Of a stretch of 46,130 bases of DNA, positions 1-9,181 are shown piece after piece. A program made the translations under genes and the position numbers. The notes beneath the pieces are model-generated. The model did not search any database. It was not told where the DNA came from and saw nothing but the letters and a program-made list of their open reading frames with translations. Each line of letters begins with the position of its first letter. Positions within the stretch are counted from its first letter, which is position 1. Origin of the DNA: a virus. Taxonomy: Duplodnaviria; Caudoviricetes. The stretch covers positions 1 to 46,130 of the IMG/VR virus record IMGVR_UViG_3300009678_000075; one strand, written 5' to 3'.

Positions 1-3000
1 GGGTTCAGGTTTTGTTCCAGGTATTGGTACGTCTGGGGCTGGTTCGGTGATTGCATCAGTTCCAGGAGGTGTGACTCCAGCATCTGCGGGCGCTCGACCT
101 GGAATTTCACTTGGTTTTCGTCCCTCGCCCATAGCATCAGGGCGAACACCCCCTGGAATGGGGGCACCTCCCCCGGTTCCAGTTGGTCCAGGAGTTCCAG
201 GGCGTGGAGGTTTAGGGGCCTCTGGTTGAGTTCCTCTATCTGGTTGTGCATAGGTCCTTTTTGCGGGCGCGATCATCTCGCGCAGTTCATTAACGGTCTG
301 TGCTTCCCCGGTGATTGGATCAATTCCGCCAGGGGGTTTCTTGTCGATGATGAGGAGCCGATTGGGGAACGTGGTTCCGTACTTGGCGTAGTTTTTACCG
401 CTTAGCCAGACGTTGGCCCGCACGTCATATTGCCTCCGGATGTCTCTCCACCATCCTTGGAATGCCGGCGCATTCAGATCCATCCCTTCCCCGACGATAG
501 CTACTAGGCGTCCACCAGGCTGAAGACGGGCCAATGCCTGACTGACGTGTTGAGCACCGACCGCTGTCTTTCTCTGACCTGGAATTCTACCGGCCGTAGC
601 CGAGAACGGCGGATTCATCAACACCACCGTCGGCTTCACGTCATCCGGAAGGACGTTGTGAATTTGTTCCGCGTTCTCTCCAAAGGTTTGGTCGTACCCT
701 TCGCGCTCGAGCAAGGCGCGTCGGCGCGGGCTCAGTTCATTGACGATGACCTTAGCGCCTGCCTTTCGAGCGAACGTAGCCAACCCGCCAAGACCTGCGG
801 ACGGCTCAAGAACCACGTCTGAAGGAACAATTCCAGCAGCCTCGGCCGCGGCGAAGGCCAAGGGAGGAGGAGTCGAGAATTGCTGAAACTCTTCCTGTTC
901 CCCTGTTCGACGGGTTTGAGTCGGAAGCTTGTCGAGCAATGCTTGGAGCGATTCTGGAGTAACGTCGTTCTCTCGGATGTACCGGTTGACGCCAAGTTCC
1001 ATGGCATCGGTAGCGTCTTTGGCGCTCCACTTCCCTTCGGACATTTTCGATCCGAACTTCTCGGCAGCTTTATTGTAAAGCTCCTGCGCGGTGAACGGCT
1101 GGTCGGCTTTGAGCCGGTCCTTCACCCAATCGGCTAGGTTAAACGACGCCTCGACTTCTGGACTGACTTCTGGCTCGGCCGGTGGCGGTGCAGGGGGAGC
1201 CGGGGCTGGCGCTTGGGTAGCGTCATACTCCGCCTTAACCCGTAAGAAATCCTGAATTGCTTCATTAGGTGTGTTTCCAATTCCGATAAGAAAACCACCA
1301 TCATTTATAACCTTCCACTTACCATGTGTCTCCTTGGCTAACCGAATACCATCGTTGACATTTTGGTCTGGCTTCAACAATGACGTTCCATCAGGTAGCT
1401 CCGGTTGAGCCTCGGTGTCCGCTGTGGGTATCTTTTCATCCTGGCCTTGCGGCACTAGGGGCGGAGCCCCACCTAAATCACCGGGCTCGGAAATCGGAGG
1501 AGTCGGCGCTGGAGGCGCTATCGTAGGCCCTTCATCAACAACGGGAGGTGCCGTAGGAGGCGCGGGAGCCGGCGCTGGGGCTGGTGGCTCTGGCTGAGGT
1601 TCTGGTTCCGCTGGGGGTTGCTCCTCAATCTCCGGCTCCGGTTCAGGAGGTGCAGCAGCTTCAGGAGGTGCAGGCGGTGCGGGAGGTTTTGGAGTAGGCG
1701 ATGGCGTAGGTGCAGGCGCGGGCGTAGGAGTCGGCTTCGGTGTCGCGGCCTTCTTTTTCTTCGGGTTATGTAGCAGGAACCCGCCCTTCACCGGCGTTGA
1801 ACTCATCTCCGGCGGGATAAGATCCGCTGGAGTACCATCGGGAACGTACAGAGTTGACCTGGGGTGCTTCTCGTCAGCCAACTCGTCGAACCCCTGAACT
1901 AGTTCTGCCGATGCTGCGGTATTGTTTGCCGCGGCGGTGGCTTCCGGAGCCGGCGTGCCGGTCATGGGAGGAATCACCACCACCTTGGGGTTCTTCCCGC
2001 CCATCTTCTCCACCATCTTGAGCACGTCCGCCTGACTCTTGCCTTGCGGCACCGACATGCTGCCGGGCTTACCGTCCTTCGTGGTGAACGTGACGATGGC
2101 ACCACCTTTGGCCGCCGTTTCGGCAGCCCTTTTAGCGTCGGCCTTTTCCTTCTCTTTGCTGGCTTCGAACGCGGCGTCGGTTTCTGCCTGCGATCCGACT
2201 TTCTCGCCGCCTTTCGAAGCTTTGGGAGCCTTAATGACCGGAGGTTGTTCCGCTCTTGCCTCGGCTACGTTCGATGCGATTTCAAACGGACCAGTTCCAA
2301 ATTCCGCCACGACTTCGAGAGCGATGTCCGGAACGCTTGTGATTTCCCCTTCGGTGACAAGCTGCTTACCCGTTTCACCAATGCCACCAAACAAGCCTTG
2401 CTCTCCGATGTCTTGGACACCTGCCCGAACGGTAGGGCCAACACCAGCCCCTTTTAGGGTTGGTTGTACAGACTTCAGACCAGCCTTTTTTGCTATCGCT
2501 TCAGCGTTTCTCCTGGCTACTGCACTAATGTTTCTGCCGGCGATACTGAACGACAAGCCATCAAAGAACGCTACCGGTAGTCCACCAATCAGAGCCTTCT
2601 TCCTGAAAGACGCCAACTGTTCCGGATTCTCGAATACCGCTTGGATTCCTTCAGGAGTTACAACTCCATTGTTAGCCACCCGAACCTGATCCATCAGGAT
2701 GTTGGCGTATTCCACCGCATAGGACCCCACAAAACCTCCGGCGAATCCTCCGGCTGGTCCTCCCAGGAGACTGCCTGCAATCATGCCTGGCGCTGCTACC
2801 GGCAAACTCTCGGCTGAAACTGTGGCAATAACCTCGATTGGATTCGTTGCCAACGTGCGCCAGAAATCCGTGTGGAGATTGGCCATGTCCGGGGACTGCG
2901 GTATCGAACGGATCTTCTCCTCTTGAGTGGCAATCTTTTGGTACAACGGAAGGAAAGTGCCGCTATTCTTCTTCAGAAATGCCCTCGCTCCAGCAGCCTC

Positions 3001-3327
3001 TACTTCATCCCCAGACTCTACGGCCTCTTTGATACGAGCCGTTGCTAGGTCTATCGCAGTGGCACGATCACTAAGCTCCAGAATGTTACTGGCCTGCTCA
3101 AGATTCGCACCACCACGCTTTAATGCTCTGCCGAATCCCCTGACTTCTTGGCCAATGAAGAATTCGTCCGGTTCCGGCGCTGGCTCATCTTCCCAATTGG
3201 GCTGTGGACCCGCAGTAGCCGGTGGCTTGGAAAAGTCCAGAGGAGCTGCATCCGGCATCTCGAATTCATCGAAGATGTTTCCAGCCGGCTTTGTGTCGAT
3301 GTCGAACTCATCGAAGACGTTTGGCAT
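1..3327 (-). CDS. Giant virion-associated polyvalent protein (>=1109 aa, runs off the left edge) with an N6-adenine DNA methyltransferase domain of the strawberry-notch/DarB-like type
   Basis: Absent from the ORF track because there is no stop in the window. ATG at 3327 overlaps the upstream TAA (TAATG) and reads MPNVFDEFDIDTKPAGNIFDEFE. In-frame motifs: LPTQTRRTGEQEEFQQFSTPPPLA (~910-850), SAM-binding VVLEPSAGLGGL (~820-780) and catalytic VVLMNPPFS (627-601). Long Pro/Ala/Glu-rich linker at ~1150-1750. Lies after the ejection-protein genes. Confidence 0.85.
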   Translation of the reverse strand, partial: MPNVFDEFDIDTKPAGNIFDEFEMPDAAPLDFSKPPATAGPQPNWEDEPAPEPDEFFIGQEVRGFGRALKRGGANLEQASNILELSDRATAIDLATARIKEAVESGDEVEAAGARAFLKKNSGTFLPLYQKIATQEEKIRSIPQSPDMANLHTDFWRTLATNPIEVIATVSAESLPVAAPGMIAGSLLGGPAGGFAGGFVGSYAVEYANILMDQVRVANNGVVTPEGIQAVFENPEQLASFRKKALIGGLPVAFFDGLSFSIAGRNISAVARRNAEAIAKKAGLKSVQPTLKGAGVGPTVRAGVQDIGEQGLFGGIGETGKQLVTEGEITSVPDIALEVVAEFGTGPFEIASNVAEARAEQPPVIKAPKASKGGEKVGSQAETDAAFEASKEKEKADAKRAAETAAKGGAIVTFTTKDGKPGSMSVPQGKSQADVLKMVEKMGGKNPKVVVIPPMTGTPAPEATAAANNTAASAELVQGFDELADEKHPRSTLYVPDGTPADLIPPEMSSTPVKGGFLLHNPKKKKAATPKPTPTPAPAPTPSPTPKPPAPPAPPEAAAPPEPEPEIEEQPPAEPEPQPEPPAPAPAPAPPTAPPVVDEGPTIAPPAPTPPISEPGDLGGAPPLVPQGQDEKIPTADTEAQPELPDGTSLLKPDQNVNDGIRLAKETHGKWKVINDGGFLIGIGNTPNEAIQDFLRVKAEYDATQAPAPAPPAPPPAEPEVSPEVEASFNLADWVKDRLKADQPFTAQELYNKAAEKFGSKMSEGKWSAKDATDAMELGVNRYIRENDVTPESLQALLDKLPTQTRRTGEQEEFQQFSTPPPLAFAAAEAAGIVPSDVVLEPSAGLGGLATFARKAGAKVIVNELSPRRRALLEREGYDQTFGENAEQIHNVLPDDVKPTVVLMNPPFSATAGRIPGQRKTAVGAQHVSQALARLQPGGRLVAIVGEGMDLNAPAFQGWWRDIRRQYDVRANVWLSGKNYAKYGTTFPNRLLIIDKKPPGGIDPITGEAQTVNELREMIAPAKRTYAQPDRGTQPEAPKPPRPGTPGPTGTGGGAPIPGGVRPDAMGEGRKPSEIPGRAPADAGVTPPGTDAITEPAPDVPIPGTKPEP

Positions 3328-4289
3328 TAGAATTCATACCCCCCATCCTCCGCCATTTTCTGAGCTGCTTGTTGCACATAAGCACGCTGCTGTTCTTTGG
3401 TCAGATTCGAGGGATACCCCTGGCTCAAGGCTTTATCCCAAAACTCCTTCGCCTTCTCTCGGGTAATCTTTTGCTTTGGCGCATTCGTCGCTGCTGGAGG
3501 TGGTGGAGAACCCGGAGGTGGCGAAGTCTTACCTCGGCTCTTCGGTTGATTCTTCCGCGTGATTTCCAACAGTTGTTCTTCCTTATCGTTGATAGCCTCT
3601 AGAATCGGTCGTCGAAATCCGTATGTACCAACCTTCTCCACACCCTTAGCCTGTTGAGCCTTAAGAGACTTAAGCGAAGCTTCTAGAGACTTCTTTTTAT
3701 TCTGCTCAGCTAGGTAAGCTTCACTGATCTTTTGTGCTCCAGTAGGTTGAACCCATTTTCCCTTATCGTTTCGAATGAATGGGATACCTTGAGAATTGAA
3801 TTTAGTCTCCGGAACTTCCTCTTCCGCCTGAGGTGGTGGTAAAACATCCCACCCACTCCGGATAAGCTCTCTACCATCCTTCAGCTTAACTATGGGCTCT
3901 TTTTCCTCCGGATCATTATCCATCAACCCGGCAACCCCAAATTGGGCCTGATGTGCCTTTGGATTCCGCTGAATAGCCCACGCAGTCCGCTCCAAGTCTG
4001 TTTTACCAGGGTTTTCTGGACTGGCTGAGTCCATGATGAATGCCACTGAGGCCTTCTGCGTTTCGGCCTTTTCCTGCTCCATCGCCCGCCGCGCATCGTC
4101 CATCTGCCGGTAATGCTCCCGCATCCGGTTCTCCTGTTGGCGCTCGATCTCCAAGCGCATCGCCCGGTCGGCCTGAGCTATCTCGGCAACCTTCCGCTGG
4201 TCGCGCTGATGCTGGACCTGCAACCCAAGCTGGAACCCGCCGCGGAGCGCACCTCCGAAATCCAAATACTCCAAAGGATTTGCACCCAT
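3327..4289 (-). CDS. Putative internal virion/ejection protein
   Basis: 320 aa. Gly-rich N-terminus (FGGALRGGFQLG) followed by a Q/E/R coiled coil. Lies between the pilot-like gene and the giant virion protein. Confidence 0.55.
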   Translation of the reverse strand: MGANPLEYLDFGGALRGGFQLGLQVQHQRDQRKVAEIAQADRAMRLEIERQQENRMREHYRQMDDARRAMEQEKAETQKASVAFIMDSASPENPGKTDLERTAWAIQRNPKAHQAQFGVAGLMDNDPEEKEPIVKLKDGRELIRSGWDVLPPPQAEEEVPETKFNSQGIPFIRNDKGKWVQPTGAQKISEAYLAEQNKKKSLEASLKSLKAQQAKGVEKVGTYGFRRPILEAINDKEEQLLEITRKNQPKSRGKTSPPPGSPPPPAATNAPKQKITREKAKEFWDKALSQGYPSNLTKEQQRAYVQQAAQKMAEDGGYEF

Positions 4290-4293
4290 AAAA

Positions 4294-5037
4294 TCATTCT
4301 CCCATCACTCGAGGGTCCGAAGGAGTAAACGAAGGCCGAGACATTATTTCGGACAATCCCATGCCACCGATTGTGCCACCCACGTCGTTCATGTACTTCG
4401 CCCACACTTCCGAACCCTGAGGCGCACCAGCCGCCGCCGCCTGCCACCGCATTCGCTCCGAACGCTCGCCGCCGCGCACACTCATGAGTTCCTGAGGCGA
4501 CAACCCGAGGTACTGAGCAATGCTTACCACGTCCGGCATTTCCAACCCAGCAGTCTCACGATTGAACCGGGAACTCTCCTGCAAACCTTGAAGCATTCGC
4601 TCGTAAGACTTATCGAAGAACTTTTTAGCTCCACCATACAAACTGAAGGGTGAACCTTGGACCCCTTTGCTTAGAGCCTGACCGGCATTGCTGTTCCACA
4701 GAGCGTCCTGAAGATCCTGCGGAACATCCCCGCGCAGCATTGCATCAATCAAATCCGAGGATTGCTGTTTCCTGGCTGTGTAACCCGGAATTGAGTCATC
4801 GAGGAGCCCTTGCCGTTGGTCGGTGTTGAAGCGGTTGATCTTGTCTGTCAATGCCGAGGCAGGCCCAAAGGCCGTCTCCTGTGCTCCCAATGCCTCACTC
4901 GTAATGGCACCAGTATCGAGACCCGGAGTCGCGGCAATGCCTTCCAACTGGTTGCGGCGTTGCCGGGCCGCCCGCGCACCCGTGAAGGCGCTCCCCAGTT
5001 GCATCAACCCACCGACAATAGCTCCAGCGTATCCCAT
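4294..5037 (-). CDS. Putative DNA ejection/pilot protein
   Basis: 247 aa. Hydrophobic Gly/Ala N-terminus (MGYAGAIVGGLMQLGSAFTGARAARQ), typical of podovirus internal virion proteins; synteny after the tail genes. Confidence 0.55.
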   Translation of the reverse strand: MGYAGAIVGGLMQLGSAFTGARAARQRRNQLEGIAATPGLDTGAITSEALGAQETAFGPASALTDKINRFNTDQRQGLLDDSIPGYTARKQQSSDLIDAMLRGDVPQDLQDALWNSNAGQALSKGVQGSPFSLYGGAKKFFDKSYERMLQGLQESSRFNRETAGLEMPDVVSIAQYLGLSPQELMSVRGGERSERMRWQAAAAGAPQGSEVWAKYMNDVGGTIGGMGLSEIMSRPSFTPSDPRVMGE

Positions 5038-5040
5038 AAA

Positions 5041-6045
5041 TCACCTCATTCCAGCCATCACACCTTTGTAGAAAGGTCTTCCCCCGTGATAATCCGAGGT
5101 AATGTGAACCTTGCGTCCCAAAACGTTCTCGAGTTCTCCACGGAGTAACTTCTGCGCCGAGTCCATGAGTTGCAGTCCCGCTCCTGGCCCCTCGTCCTCG
5201 TCTCGTTTGACCGCCAAGCACGCCGCCTTGATGGCCGACAGGTTTTGGAGCACGAGGTAGTCCGTGGGAACCCGCACCGGGATATGCGACCGTTTGACTA
5301 TGCATTCCATAACGAAAGCACCCCAGCCACCTCCGACCCGACGCAGCACGCACTCGAAGTTGATGATCTTCGAGCGTTTGAATCTCGGATAAGACTCGTC
5401 CGGTTCGAAGGTTGCCATCTCCGTCGTGGTGTCATCAGGTCCGACTTCGAACATGGTCACCGGCATGTTGGTGATGTCCTTCTGGATTCCGGTGATTCCG
5501 TCGGCATACCACGTATTGACCGTCTCGACGAACGGTGTCGCCAGAGTGACGTACTCACCATCCACCCACGTAGCCCCATCTTGAGAGCGCACGAACACAT
5601 GGTTGGTGTTGTAGCCTTGAACGAGAACACGCTTTCCAACATCACTAGCGTCTCCAGGAAAGAATCGAATCACGTTACCCAACTTCGAGACGTTGTTTAC
5701 CACGGGGCTCCAATCGTTGTCCTGTAGCACCAGGAAGTTCCCCGTGTTCGAAGCCTCTCCAGGTTCACCGACCGACTGGACGTACTCGTACCAGGAATTC
5801 CGCATTAGCATCGGAGTGCCGCAAATCTTGGCCTGCCGGATCTCCAACACCCCACGCGGCCAGGAGATACACCCATCGGTAATCACGAAGCGGGCGGTCT
5901 GCCAGGTGCCAATCCAATCCTTCTTGGTGGACATCAGGCGTTCTTCCGACTCGTTGACGAACTGAATCAGTCGAGGATCGGTGGGGCAGAGGTTAAGCAC
6001 CTTTGGGATGCTGCTCTGCTGAATGGAGGCAAGGGTAAGAATCAT
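5041..6045 (-). CDS. Putative head-tail adaptor / tail tubular protein A-like
   Basis: 334 aa. Short N-terminal helix followed by LIQFVNESEERLM, as in adaptor proteins; C-terminal helical bundle; located in the tail module. Confidence 0.5.
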   Translation of the reverse strand: MILTLASIQQSSIPKVLNLCPTDPRLIQFVNESEERLMSTKKDWIGTWQTARFVITDGCISWPRGVLEIRQAKICGTPMLMRNSWYEYVQSVGEPGEASNTGNFLVLQDNDWSPVVNNVSKLGNVIRFFPGDASDVGKRVLVQGYNTNHVFVRSQDGATWVDGEYVTLATPFVETVNTWYADGITGIQKDITNMPVTMFEVGPDDTTTEMATFEPDESYPRFKRSKIINFECVLRRVGGGWGAFVMECIVKRSHIPVRVPTDYLVLQNLSAIKAACLAVKRDEDEGPGAGLQLMDSAQKLLRGELENVLGRKVHITSDYHGGRPFYKGVMAGMR

Positions 6046-7064
6046 GGTAACTTCATGATTGTGAGTGACGCCAACCGCTCAGCGCGAGTAGCACCAACCG
6101 CAGCAGAGTATTTACCATTTCCTACGGCGCTTAGTAAGATTCTGGCAGTGATTGAAGCGGTAGCGGCTGTAGGAACAGAAATGAACGCTACGACAGTAAC
6201 ATTGGTGCTATCGTCAACGTTGTTCATAACGAAGTCCTGCCAGTTCAAATCCGTACTTCCGTTCAGAATCGCGTACTGACCATTACCTCCACCAGTTGTA
6301 TCATTGTCTTGGATTCCTAACGTAGCGGTTATCTGGTAATTTCCTGGTTGCAACGTTACCGCTCCACCTCCACCCAACGAAGCCCACGTCTGGGATTGAA
6401 CCTCAGTTGAAAAAGGAACGGTCGTACTAACTCCTGCCGGAATGGTTGCCGCCGTAGTGCCAGGGGGGGATACTTGGTACACAAACTGTGCGACCGTAAC
6501 CTTTTCCGGAACCGGTGCGCTCGGGTTAAGAACCCTGAACCTCGTCCCATCCCACAGGAAAATATAAGCACTGTTCTGCTTTAATTGACCAGGAGTTAGC
6601 GCGGTTAGTCCATCCGTCACAGGTGCCGCGGGAAGTCCATTCAAAGCCAGAGTGGTCGCATCCGTGTTCGTGATGTTGATGACCGCCGTGAAGTGATTAC
6701 CAACCGTGAGCGCAGTAGTGCTCGAGTAGGTTTCAATCGTGTTAGCCGTGTAGGCATTGACCGACCCGCCAGTAGAACCGCAGTACCAGATTCGACTTGG
6801 ATTGACCGGACGCCACGCGCCGTCCACGTAGATGTACCAGTTGTCGGGGTAACCTCCGACCGTCCTGAGCCACGGATAAACCTGGTTTTCTGGTGTTGGT
6901 GTCATATCTCCAAAGTTGTAGAAGCTCCTGTTACCTTCAGCCGAAACATCCGTAGCAACCAATTCCGTCAGACGCGCCGTCAGAGCCGAAAGGGTTGCCG
7001 GAGTACATTCCCCAGGTAATCCCGAATCGAAACTCACCGTGACGTTATTGTTGGCTAGGCCCAT
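6042..7064 (-). CDS. Putative tail fibre/spike protein (340 aa)
   Basis: Likely start is ATG 7064 (MGLANNNV), just after the upstream stop at 7069. Has a common fibre motif (NTDATTLALNGL...LTPGQLKQNSAYIFLWDGTRF) and a Thr/Ala/Gly-rich beta C-terminal domain. Confidence 0.6.
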   Translation of the reverse strand: MGLANNNVTVSFDSGLPGECTPATLSALTARLTELVATDVSAEGNRSFYNFGDMTPTPENQVYPWLRTVGGYPDNWYIYVDGAWRPVNPSRIWYCGSTGGSVNAYTANTIETYSSTTALTVGNHFTAVINITNTDATTLALNGLPAAPVTDGLTALTPGQLKQNSAYIFLWDGTRFRVLNPSAPVPEKVTVAQFVYQVSPPGTTAATIPAGVSTTVPFSTEVQSQTWASLGGGGAVTLQPGNYQITATLGIQDNDTTGGGNGQYAILNGSTDLNWQDFVMNNVDDSTNVTVVAFISVPTAATASITARILLSAVGNGKYSAAVGATRAERLASLTIMKLP

Positions 7065-7068
7065 AAAT

Positions 7069-8871
7069 TCAAATCTGGTATTGGATTGACGGTAGTAGGG
7101 AGCATCCCGTGAGCGTCCGACAAGGTTCTTCGGTCGGACAATCGCCATACGGCGGATCGAGTTCCTGTTTCACGTCGATGCGGAACTGGTTCAGCGTACA
7201 TGGCCCCACCCACTCGATGAGGTATTGCATCTGATAAAAGAGGTTCATGGGCAGCGTCGTGGACCCGTTGCACGACACCGCTGGCGTCGGTAACGCCATT
7301 CTCGGGCGATACTGCAACTGGGCCGCCTCACCAGTCAGGCATTCCCCCTCTTGGCACTGATCGCCAGAAGCACACACACTCCAGGAATGCCACGGCACCC
7401 ACAGCGCGTAATAGTCCGGACGATAACTCACCGAGAACTGGACCGTGCCACTGATGTTCGAAGCGAACATTCGAGCCGTCTCGATGCTCTTCAGATTGAC
7501 TAAACCGTCCCGGAACAAACCCGGCGACTCGTAGGCGCATGAAATGGGAACCTGCGCGTTATCGAGCAACTGGTTTTCGTCGAGTTCCCACAGTTCGAAA
7601 CCACCGTAGGTGTAACCTCCGTAGGCATTGTATCCGTAAACACTCCCGGACTTCGAAAGGACAATGGCGAACAGCCGGCTGATGCCACCGAACTTCCCGA
7701 CCACCAGTTGAAGGATATTGAGCCCAGTCCACACCCCTTCCCACCGCGGGAGCTGCTTGTCCCGGAGGGACGACACAGGGTCGAAATCCATGGAGACCAC
7801 GCCGAGGTGATACACCCCACTCGTACTATTCTGCCCCCACACCGTACAAAAGAACCTGTTGTTGAAGAGAACGCACGATTCCGAATCGAGCTGGTACACA
7901 TTGTCGCTATCCATCACTCGCTTCAACTCATCGGAGATTGGCGTGTTAGCCCAGCTATCGGAGTAAGAACGCATCGCGGTGAAGAAGCTTCGAATGCCAT
8001 CATCCGACCGATAGAAGATGTCGCCATTGACCAACGCCATTGCTCGATGACCGACAGCGCCTCCACCTAACCCGCTCACCGTCTGAATCGGGTCAATGGT
8101 GTCCTGCCACTGCGTCCGATCCACCGGAGCATTCACCGAGAATGAGCCGTTATCGGCGAACACCTGCAAAGGACCCTGCCCTAGAGAGGTGTCCAGCGTA
8201 GCCGGAATCCCCATGGCTCGGATCGTTCCCGACGAGTTCGGGATACTGAAATCACCACCGCCATTCAGCAGATTGTTCTCGGTGAGCTTTATGACCGCAT
8301 CGCGATAAGCGTAGGTCTGGCTTCCGGAGGATGACCGAACCAAATCTCCAGCCCGGTAGGCTGTGCCTTTGGCTACCGCGTACCAGATTCGTCCATTGGC
8401 GTAGGCGGCTACGGTTCCAGTGGTAATCTCGCCAGCGCCAGCACGTCGGGCCGATGTGCCGTCGTAAATCCAGGGCGGTGCCTGGCCGTCATTCATGACC
8501 AGATAATTCTCGGCCTGCACGAAGTAGGCGTGTTTCAGGATGGCTGAGTTCGGGTCAATGGTTAGGTCTCGTAGGAACCACTTCTGATCGGGAGTTATCG
8601 AGTATTGCCGACCACCGACCGATAACACGATTTGATTGATGCCGTTGTCGGCCCTGTAAAAGCTGGCTCCTTGAAAGTAACCTGGCGGGATGTTGAGAAT
8701 CGCTCGTCGCATCCATGCCGGTCGTGTCCTTGGATGGTCTCCACGAAAGGTTACATTAACCGCAAAGGCCGAGCACTGCGGGTTGATTAGGTAGGGTGAA
8801 CGCGAGGAATCAATTCCGGACTCGAGTGTCCGGACACCATCAAAGACTCGATTGGCTCTTGGTTCAGCCAT
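7069..8871 (-). CDS. Tail tubular/stabilisation protein (P22 gp10 / T7 gp12-like nozzle), 600 aa
   Basis: Likely start is ATG 8871 (MAEPRANRVFDG, TAATG overlap). Beta-propeller-like sequence (YFVQAENYLVMNDG, AYANGRIWYA, GDIFYRSDDGIRSF, PISDEL). Size and synteny fit. Confidence 0.65.
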   Translation of the reverse strand: MAEPRANRVFDGVRTLESGIDSSRSPYLINPQCSAFAVNVTFRGDHPRTRPAWMRRAILNIPPGYFQGASFYRADNGINQIVLSVGGRQYSITPDQKWFLRDLTIDPNSAILKHAYFVQAENYLVMNDGQAPPWIYDGTSARRAGAGEITTGTVAAYANGRIWYAVAKGTAYRAGDLVRSSSGSQTYAYRDAVIKLTENNLLNGGGDFSIPNSSGTIRAMGIPATLDTSLGQGPLQVFADNGSFSVNAPVDRTQWQDTIDPIQTVSGLGGGAVGHRAMALVNGDIFYRSDDGIRSFFTAMRSYSDSWANTPISDELKRVMDSDNVYQLDSESCVLFNNRFFCTVWGQNSTSGVYHLGVVSMDFDPVSSLRDKQLPRWEGVWTGLNILQLVVGKFGGISRLFAIVLSKSGSVYGYNAYGGYTYGGFELWELDENQLLDNAQVPISCAYESPGLFRDGLVNLKSIETARMFASNISGTVQFSVSYRPDYYALWVPWHSWSVCASGDQCQEGECLTGEAAQLQYRPRMALPTPAVSCNGSTTLPMNLFYQMQYLIEWVGPCTLNQFRIDVKQELDPPYGDCPTEEPCRTLTGCSLLPSIQYQI

Positions 8872-9176
8872 TAGACGTTTTTGATGTAGCGACCTGATCC
8901 TGACGGCGGAGCCACCGTGTAGTACCCATCTGCCGCAGCAGTTTCTTCTGGCCAGTATAACCAAGATCCTCCCATGCCATCGGTTATGGTCATCCAACCG
9001 CGGACGTTGAACTCCTTGAGTCCATCATAGGGAGCTATGGCGGCCATGTTGGCTACCAACGGGACGTTGATTACCTCCACCGGTGCCGGTGGCGCTGGCG
9101 TACTACCGCCACTACTTCCACTGCCGGCGCATGGCCGGCATTCCCAACACGCTGGAATTGGTAATGCTGATGGCAT
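8871..9176 (-). CDS. Small structural protein with a tailspike-type N-terminal motif
   Basis: 101 aa. VRGWMTITDGMGGSWLYWPEETAAADGYY...GRYIK resembles the N-terminal domain of the 24034-26040 fibre. Confidence 0.55.
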   Translation of the reverse strand: MPSALPIPACWECRPCAGSGSSGGSTPAPPAPVEVINVPLVANMAAIAPYDGLKEFNVRGWMTITDGMGGSWLYWPEETAAADGYYTVAPPSGSGRYIKNV

Positions 9177-9181
9177 AATGA

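Noticed and set aside
1150-1750. Low-complexity GGC/GGA/GGT repeats as a second guide array
   Set aside because: The period is 3 or 6 nt and the segment encodes the in-frame Pro/Ala/Glu linker; there is no 5-nt register or separator.
47-3602. Plus-strand ORFs such as 2039..2689 and 2927..3466
   Set aside because: These are antisense shadows of the giant minus-strand gene, which carries recognisable motifs.
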